DNA of 64,000 bases, taken from an uncultured Acidobacteriota bacterium. GTDB lineage: Bacteria > Acidobacteriota > Thermoanaerobaculia > Gp7-AA8. A program made the translations under genes and the position numbers. Location: positions 640,001 through 704,000 of the forward strand of contig CAWGHO010000001.1 in assembly GCA_963822445.1 (NCBI GenBank), written 5' to 3'. Numbering within the stretch: the stretch's first letter is position 1; each line of letters starts with the position of its first letter. Below are positions 61,892-64,000 of the stretch, piece after piece. Below the pieces are notes generated by a model. It had not been told where the DNA came from. It saw only the letters and a program-made list of their open reading frames with translations, and did no database searches.

Positions 61892-62997
61892 GGCTTCAGC
61901 GAATCCGCCAGCTTCGAAACCTCGGCCTCGAGCGGGCTGCCGGCGAACTCCGACCGGATCTCGTAAATCCACCCGAACAGCAGCTCGTTGAGCAGACTCT
62001 TCACGATCGCGGTGTGATCGCGCGACCCGGAGGCGTAGAGATTGTTCAGAAGCTGATCGAAGTCGAGGCGGCCTTCGTTCACGAAATTCATCCCCGACAG
62101 ATGGGGCATGAGCTGCGGCGAGAGATGCAGGATCACGCGGTCGTTGAAGTCGTAGACGTGGTCGCCGATCTTCTGGAAGACCAGCGCGAAGATCCCCTGG
62201 AAGACGCCGTTGTAGCTCTCGACCATCCCTTCCAGCTCGTACTCGCTCTCCTCCGCGGCACGCTTCTCGTCGACTTCCGCCGCCTGCGCGTCCTGGATCA
62301 GGTTCACCGCGAGCAGGCCCCAGATCGTGCGGAAGGTCTGGAAATCGGAAAGGTAGCTGCGCGAGCAGAGCTGTTCGACGGACTGCGGATCGTCGAGGAG
62401 GTTGATGACGTGCGTCTCGTCATCGGTGAGCTCGAGCTGGAACGTGCGCGTGTCGACGTTCGGAACGGTCTCGAGCATGCGGTCCGGCCGCCCGACGCCG
62501 CGGGTGATGAGCGACCAGTAATCGATGGCACGCACGCCGTCGAGAATGAGTCTCTCCGTCGGCAGCGGCAGACTGATCACATCCTCGGGAAACTCGGAGA
62601 TGAACTGGATGGTGTAGCTACCCGTGCGATAGCGCATGGCGTTGAGCACGATCGCGCTGGCCTGCCGCTCGAGTGCGCGGGTCAGGTCTTCGGGCTTGAG
62701 GTATCCCATCTCAACGAGCGTTCCGCCGATGCGGCGCGCGATGACCACGCGATCCATGGCCTGGTTGTATTGCTGGATGTTGATCTCGCCGGATCGCAGA
62801 AGCGTCTCGGCGAGGCCGACGTCGGGATCGGTGCTGGTCGCGGAGACGATGCGGCCTTCGTGAAAGTAGATGACGTCGTTGCGCCCGATGGCATCGAGCT
62901 CCACGATGGCCGTCTCGCTGCTGCGGACGATCGAGCGGAAGAGATCGGGCACCGTGGTCTCGGCGAGCGTGCCTTGTATGGAGAGGTCGTCCGACAT
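61888..62997 (-). CDS. DUF4388 (PATAN-like) domain protein
   Basis: IQGTLAETTVPDLF, IYFHEGRIVSA and RIGGTLVEMGYL. Confidence 0.8.
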   Translation of the reverse strand: MSDDLSIQGTLAETTVPDLFRSIVRSSETAIVELDAIGRNDVIYFHEGRIVSATSTDPDVGLAETLLRSGEINIQQYNQAMDRVVIARRIGGTLVEMGYLKPEDLTRALERQASAIVLNAMRYRTGSYTIQFISEFPEDVISLPLPTERLILDGVRAIDYWSLITRGVGRPDRMLETVPNVDTRTFQLELTDDETHVINLLDDPQSVEQLCSRSYLSDFQTFRTIWGLLAVNLIQDAQAAEVDEKRAAEESEYELEGMVESYNGVFQGIFALVFQKIGDHVYDFNDRVILHLSPQLMPHLSGMNFVNEGRLDFDQLLNNLYASGSRDHTAIVKSLLNELLFGWIYEIRSEFAGSPLEAEVSKLADSLKP

Positions 62998-63015
62998 GGC
63001 GCGCACATTCTAAGT

Positions 63016-63104
63016 TGGAGTGCGGCGGCTCTGCCGCCGCTTTGGCAACGCGCGGAGCGCGCCTTCGGCGCGTCGGAAAGCGGCGGCAGAGCCGCCGCAC
63101 TCCA
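63016..63104. repeat. REP-like element: two inverted copies of a GC-rich palindrome
   Basis: tggagtgcggcggctctgccgccgcttt ... aaagcggcggcagagccgccgcactcca, a perfect 28-bp inverted repeat. Confidence 0.85.
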
Positions 63105-63911
63105 TCACGACGCGGGGTTCGGTGGCGCAAGCTTGCCCAGCTCCGGCGCATGCAACCGCGGCCCCTCGTACCCGCGCACCGGTCCGAAGTGCTGCCCTTC
63201 CTCCCACGCCGCCCGCGCCGCGGCGATCTCCTCGGGCGTCCGCGCGACGAAGTTCCACCACATCAGAATCGGCTCCGGGAACGGCGCGCCGCCGATCAGC
63301 AGCACACGTGACGAAGGTTCGAGCTCGATCGACGTCCGCCCGGGCTCGAGGTAGTAGAGCGTGTTGTTCCCGAGATCGAAGACACCGTGCTCGAACCGCG
63401 GATCGACCGGGAGCTCCATCCGGTCGTGCCCTTCGATGTCCGCGCCGAGGATGTCCGGTCCGCCGACGAAGGTCTGCACGACGGCGCCGCGAGGCTCGTC
63501 CCGCGGCACCTCCGGCACATGCTCGAACGAAGGCGCGACATTCCGCTCGGCATCGCGAAGCGCGATCCAGAGCTGCACGCCATTCAACGTCCCGCGATTC
63601 TCACGCGGCGTCTCCTCGGCATGAGCGATCCCGCTGCCCGAGGTCATCAGGTTCACACCGCCGGGGCGGACCATGGCTTCGGATCCGAGGCTGTCGCGAT
63701 GGAGGACTTCGCCTTCGATGAGCCAGGACACGGTCTGCAATCCGATGTGCGGATGCGGCGCGACGTCCATCGGCTTCGAGTCGGTGAAGGAGATCGGACC
63801 GTAGCGATCGAGAAAACACCACGGCCCGATCATCCGCCGCGCACGCCGCGGCAACGCTCGCCAGACGGTCATCGGTCCAAGCTGCGTCTCGCGTGCGCGA
63901 TGGCTTTCCAT
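63105..63911 (-). CDS. Pirin family protein
   Basis: IGPWCFLD, PHPHIGLQTV, HRDSLG, GIAHAE, QLW and WWNFV. Confidence 0.92.
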   Translation of the reverse strand: MESHRARETQLGPMTVWRALPRRARRMIGPWCFLDRYGPISFTDSKPMDVAPHPHIGLQTVSWLIEGEVLHRDSLGSEAMVRPGGVNLMTSGSGIAHAEETPRENRGTLNGVQLWIALRDAERNVAPSFEHVPEVPRDEPRGAVVQTFVGGPDILGADIEGHDRMELPVDPRFEHGVFDLGNNTLYYLEPGRTSIELEPSSRVLLIGGAPFPEPILMWWNFVARTPEEIAAARAAWEEGQHFGPVRGYEGPRLHAPELGKLAPPNPAS

Positions 63912-63938
63912 GGACCGGATTGTGCTCCATTACGCCGC

Positions 63939-64000
63939 ATGATTTCTTCCGAAGCACTCGACGTCCTGTTCCGCAAAGCGCGCACGCACGGCTACTGGCT
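63939..64000 (+). CDS. 5' end of a probable nitroreductase / malonic semialdehyde reductase (RutE-like), truncated by the window edge
   Basis: Manual translation MISSEALDVLFRKARTHGYW resembles the RutE/YcdI N-terminus (LF..ARTH..W). Confidence 0.6.
   Translation, partial: MISSEALDVLFRKARTHGYW

Overview
High-GC bacterial chromosomal window. Gene content and protein style suggest Acidobacteriota, possibly Thermoanaerobaculia (inference). It looks like a long-read assembly: single-base indels break several conserved genes (M16 peptidase, yceH-like, ispG, MBL hydrolase, mrp). Most of the window is ordinary: secreted proteins and peptidases, regulators, glpD, a PLP decarboxylase/MocR pair, a 2448-aa Ig-repeat surface protein, ispG-lspA, scoAB, mrp, LOG, SPOR and BamE-like genes. 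The notable part is a ~15.5 kb accessory block (42668-58120) between scoA and mrp with three tightly coupled operons. (1) A SEDS-transpeptidase fusion, a Zn-ribbon TRAFAC-type GTPase and a membrane protein with a peptidoglycan-binding-like tail. (2) A PGAP1/SesB-like alpha/beta-hydrolase and an unknown ~330-aa domain fused to an N-terminally truncated NusA, a candidate decoy-sensor/effector defence system. (3) A cytoplasmic M4-like metalloprotease and an MBL-fold hydrolase. Operons 2 and 3 share a near-identical 31-bp, hairpin-forming leader 54-55 nt before their start codons. A four-helix-bundle gene sits inside scoAB between inverted heptamer arrays, and related solo or empty short-repeat arrays begin at stop codons elsewhere. 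No rRNA, tRNA, CRISPR array or transposase was recognised. All family assignments come from motif recognition by eye; no database search was run.
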